The notes below the pieces were generated by a model that made no database searches, had not been told where the DNA came from, and saw nothing but the letters and a program-made list of their open reading frames with translations. A stretch of 63,848 nucleotides of DNA, the filler included, from Klebsormidium nitens (lineage: Eukaryota; Plantae; Klebsormidiophyceae), in the NCBI GenBank assembly GCA_000708835.1. It is 4 parts of 4 records of this genome, joined end to end, with 100 filler letters (N's around TTAATTAATTAA, not from the genome) between each part and the next. Parts side by side here need not be neighbours in the genome. Positions count along the whole stretch, not along the records: positions 43,948 to 63,848 come from DF237926.1; 3 more parts are not named here. One strand, 5' to 3'. The position numbers were made by a program, and so were the translations under genes. This document shows, one piece after another, positions 60,975 through 63,848 of this stretch. The first letter of the stretch is position 1. Every line of letters begins with the position of its first letter.

Positions 60975-62256
60975 ATGAGCAAGAGCTTGGGCATCCCGGT
61001 GAAGCTGCTGCACGAGGCAGAGGGCCACGTGGTAACGGTGGAGATCAAGAGCGGGGAGACATACCGCGGCACGCTCATCGAGGCAGAGGACAACTGGAAC
61101 GTGCAGCTAGAAAACATCACGCACACAGCCAAGGTGAGGAGAGGCATACTGCGCCTGGCACGTTATTCAGGCACTTGCTGTGTCCAGGCATACAGTGTGC
61201 TGCACATCCTGCAAGGCTGTCAAGGTTGGGATGAAGCAGGCTGAAGGATGAGGCACCGCATCCCAGCGGGTCCTTGACTGCTCCGTTTCCCTCTGGCTGA
61301 GCGCAGCGCCCGTGCGTGTGCAGGATGGTAAGGTGGGCCAATTGGAGCATGTGTTCATCCGGGGGAGCAAAGTCAGGTGCGCCTGCCCTCCGCATGTCTT
61401 GTGAGCTCTTGGTGGCTTGCTTGAAAGGTGATCAAGGCCAGTGCACTCACCAGCAGGCGGTGGTTCGCGGTCTGCTCTTCTTTGGACGTGGGGGATTTGT
61501 CCCATGGTTCCGGCATCAGCCTTGACTTGTCTATCTTGTGCTGCATCTCATAGATGATATCAGGCGCACTTGCTTGCCTTCGCTCCCTCACAATGAGAGT
61601 GAGCGTGTCCCTGCAGGTTTCTGATCATTCCTGACATGCTCAAGAATGCCCCCATGTTCAAGCGAATAGATCCTAAGACCAAGGTAAGCCCTCGTGCATG
61701 TGTGCCTTCCCCCTCCTGTCCTGTGCACTGCCATGTCACCCCGTGCTTGCACCTCTGCAGGCTGCCCCCCATGCTTGTTATGCTTGTTGCTCTACTGTTC
61801 TGGCACTAAAGTCTCCCAATTGCTTGGACGGGCCTCCCTTTCTTGCTTGTTACCTGGGCCTTCCTTCCTTGCTTGGTTTGCCATACCCGCATAGAGCGCC
61901 AGCGCTTGCTGCTGTCCGAGCAGCCATGTTGCACCCTGTGCCTTGGCTTCACTTTTGCTGGCTGTGGGCTGGTGTGCAGAAACAGGGCGTGAGCGGGCTG
62001 GGCGTGGGGCGCGGCCGGGCCATGGCCACGCGAACCAAGGTGAGCGGGCAGCAAGCCGTGCTGCCAGGAGGGGGCACTCCGGCCAGGCTGGTGTGAGAGA
62101 TCCGCGCAGTCGTTGCATGCAGTTTGTTATTCCAACAAAGTTATGAGCGGAATCTGCTGACATTCACGGCCTTGCTGTGGTGTGCTGCAGGGGCGGGGAC
62201 CTGGGGCACTCGGTGGGCGCGGAGGGGGTTTTGGGGGCCGGGGACCTGGGCAATGA
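60975..62256 (+). CDS. SmD3: Small nuclear ribonucleoprotein Sm D3 (5 exons)
   Basis: [73 protein letters not shown] plus an RG-rich tail ending GRGPGQ*. Confidence 0.96.
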
Positions 62257-63848
62257 GGATGTAAAACACTTGTAAAACATGTAAGCGTCTGAATTAGTTG
62301 GACGATTTGTGCAAAAGCCTTCCCATCAAGATTGTGAAACCATTCCTTCCCGCCACGGTCCTCATTGTCACAGCATGAAACGGGTTTTTGATTGATGGGA
62401 AGTGGAGAGCGGGGCCGCTAATATGATGCTTGCGTTCTTAACTTGCGTCTTTTGACAAAGGAGATTACATTCGTGTTTCCGAGTTGCAGAGTGCATCACG
62501 GCTGAGCGGACCGGCTGCAAACAATTTCAGAAGCTCGCCTCATGCTGTTGAGCACGATGTGAGATGCCATCCCTAAGGTTCGATAGAGAGCGGCCCACCT
62601 CATCTCTTCAAATAGCTTCCATGCTACACTCGGCTAGAAAGCTGCAATCAAGGATCGATTGGCCAGCTCCATTCTGTGTCAGGGAAGTCGCAAAGGGTGG
62701 CTGGGAGCAAGGCACTGAACCAGGTTATAGCGCGGTCCAGGGTAAATGGATATCAACGCAGGACAATCCTTGGCACAATGCGACCATGGTACAAAATATT
62801 ATTACGTAAGTGCAATTGCATCATGCGAGTTCATTGATCAGCATACCTAATACATGATGCAAATCGGACATTGATATAGTTGCTGCAAACGAAGGTCGAG
62901 TGGTCCAAGTCTTGCGCTTTTGGGTACCCTCATGGGTCCTTGAGTAGGTTACAACAGTCTGTCCTAGTATAGGAAAAGTTAGACCTCATTAGTAGCTCCG
63001 TGCTGTTGGATTCCGTGGCAGACTCGGCAACCCTTTTCACAGAGTAGACAAAGCTAGTACGACTCTGCTCCATGCTTCGTGCTTCCTTGAACATAGATTG
63101 AAATATGCATGGCCAGCAATTTGAATGACATCATATTTAAGTTTCTATAAGTTGGGCCGCAATGCCATTCCGGACATGCAGCGGTTTCGGGACGTGACCA
63201 TCTTCACGTATGGTTTCCATGTGCATGACTTTGATCCCGAGATTTCAGTTTTTCGTTTCCCACAGTCCTTGGTAGTAGGTATGTACCACGGTACTGACGG
63301 TACTGTGGCCACGTACCAGGGGATAGCAAAACCCAAAAAAGCACCCATAATGACGGCTCAATGCCGGGATTTGTGAACTTGTCGAAGAGACTTGATGCCT
63401 TCCATGCCTCTTCAATTAAACCCCAGAAAACCACCCAATGAACGGGCATGAAACCCTGCTTTCATTGACCGCACCGGACGGCCGGGTGACCCCGAAAACA
63501 CACTCATTTACCAAGCAGAAACCCCGAATTTCGTATGGGCCATATATATTATTGTAAAAAGGGGTTATTGCGTTGAAACGATGCTACGATGAATCATTTC
63601 ATAGTCGTGATGTGCAGATGGTTATTCGAAGACTATTTGAAGCTTCGTGAAGAGTTTGACAAGCTCATGAAACAACTTTCGAACGGTTAAAGTTGGGGCG
63701 ATTTCCAACAATCTAACAATCCATTGTGAGTCCAGACTCCATAGTATTTCATTGTTCACTGAAATCATGAAATCATAAATATGCCGACCTACATTGAATG
63801 AATGTAGTGAATGACCGCACGAAAGTGAAAATTTGTATTTGAACCAAC

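Noticed and set aside
63125-63449. Short ORFs and GTAC-rich mini-palindromes near the window end
   Set aside because: No motif or splice support; probably intergenic or repeat DNA.

Overview
Eukaryotic nuclear DNA from the green lineage: GC-rich, intron-rich genes with GTGAG/TGCAG splice sites, plant-type telomere repeats, and starch synthase II, SCAB and PHD-containing SCC2 genes. A streptophyte alga is the most likely host (inference). The window is not one locus. Three artificial N44-TTAATTAATTAA-N44 joiners split it into four unrelated scaffolds. A (1-4574) holds a possible WD40 gene remnant and a frameshifted SWIM/CxC (KDZ-type) transposon. B (4675-31596) is a chromosome end. It starts with telomere repeats that switch from TTTAGGG (distal) to TTTTAGGG (proximal), followed by starch synthase II, mitochondrial PDH E1-alpha, bL34m, a GNAT acetyltransferase, a Harbinger-like MITE, a TMEM192/FIP1-like gene and bS16. 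C (31697-43847) has no recognisable housekeeping gene. It carries a spliced, apparently intact Crinkler-like PD-(D/E)xK nuclease + kinase gene, a decayed intron-containing primase-Zn-finger/origin-binding-helicase gene, two tandem intronless phage-type genes and a frameshifted orphan. This virus/mobile-derived island is the most interesting part. D (43948-63848) holds a SCAB-family 3' half, SCC2/Nipped-B and SmD3. All family assignments come from manual splicing and motif recognition; no database searches were run.
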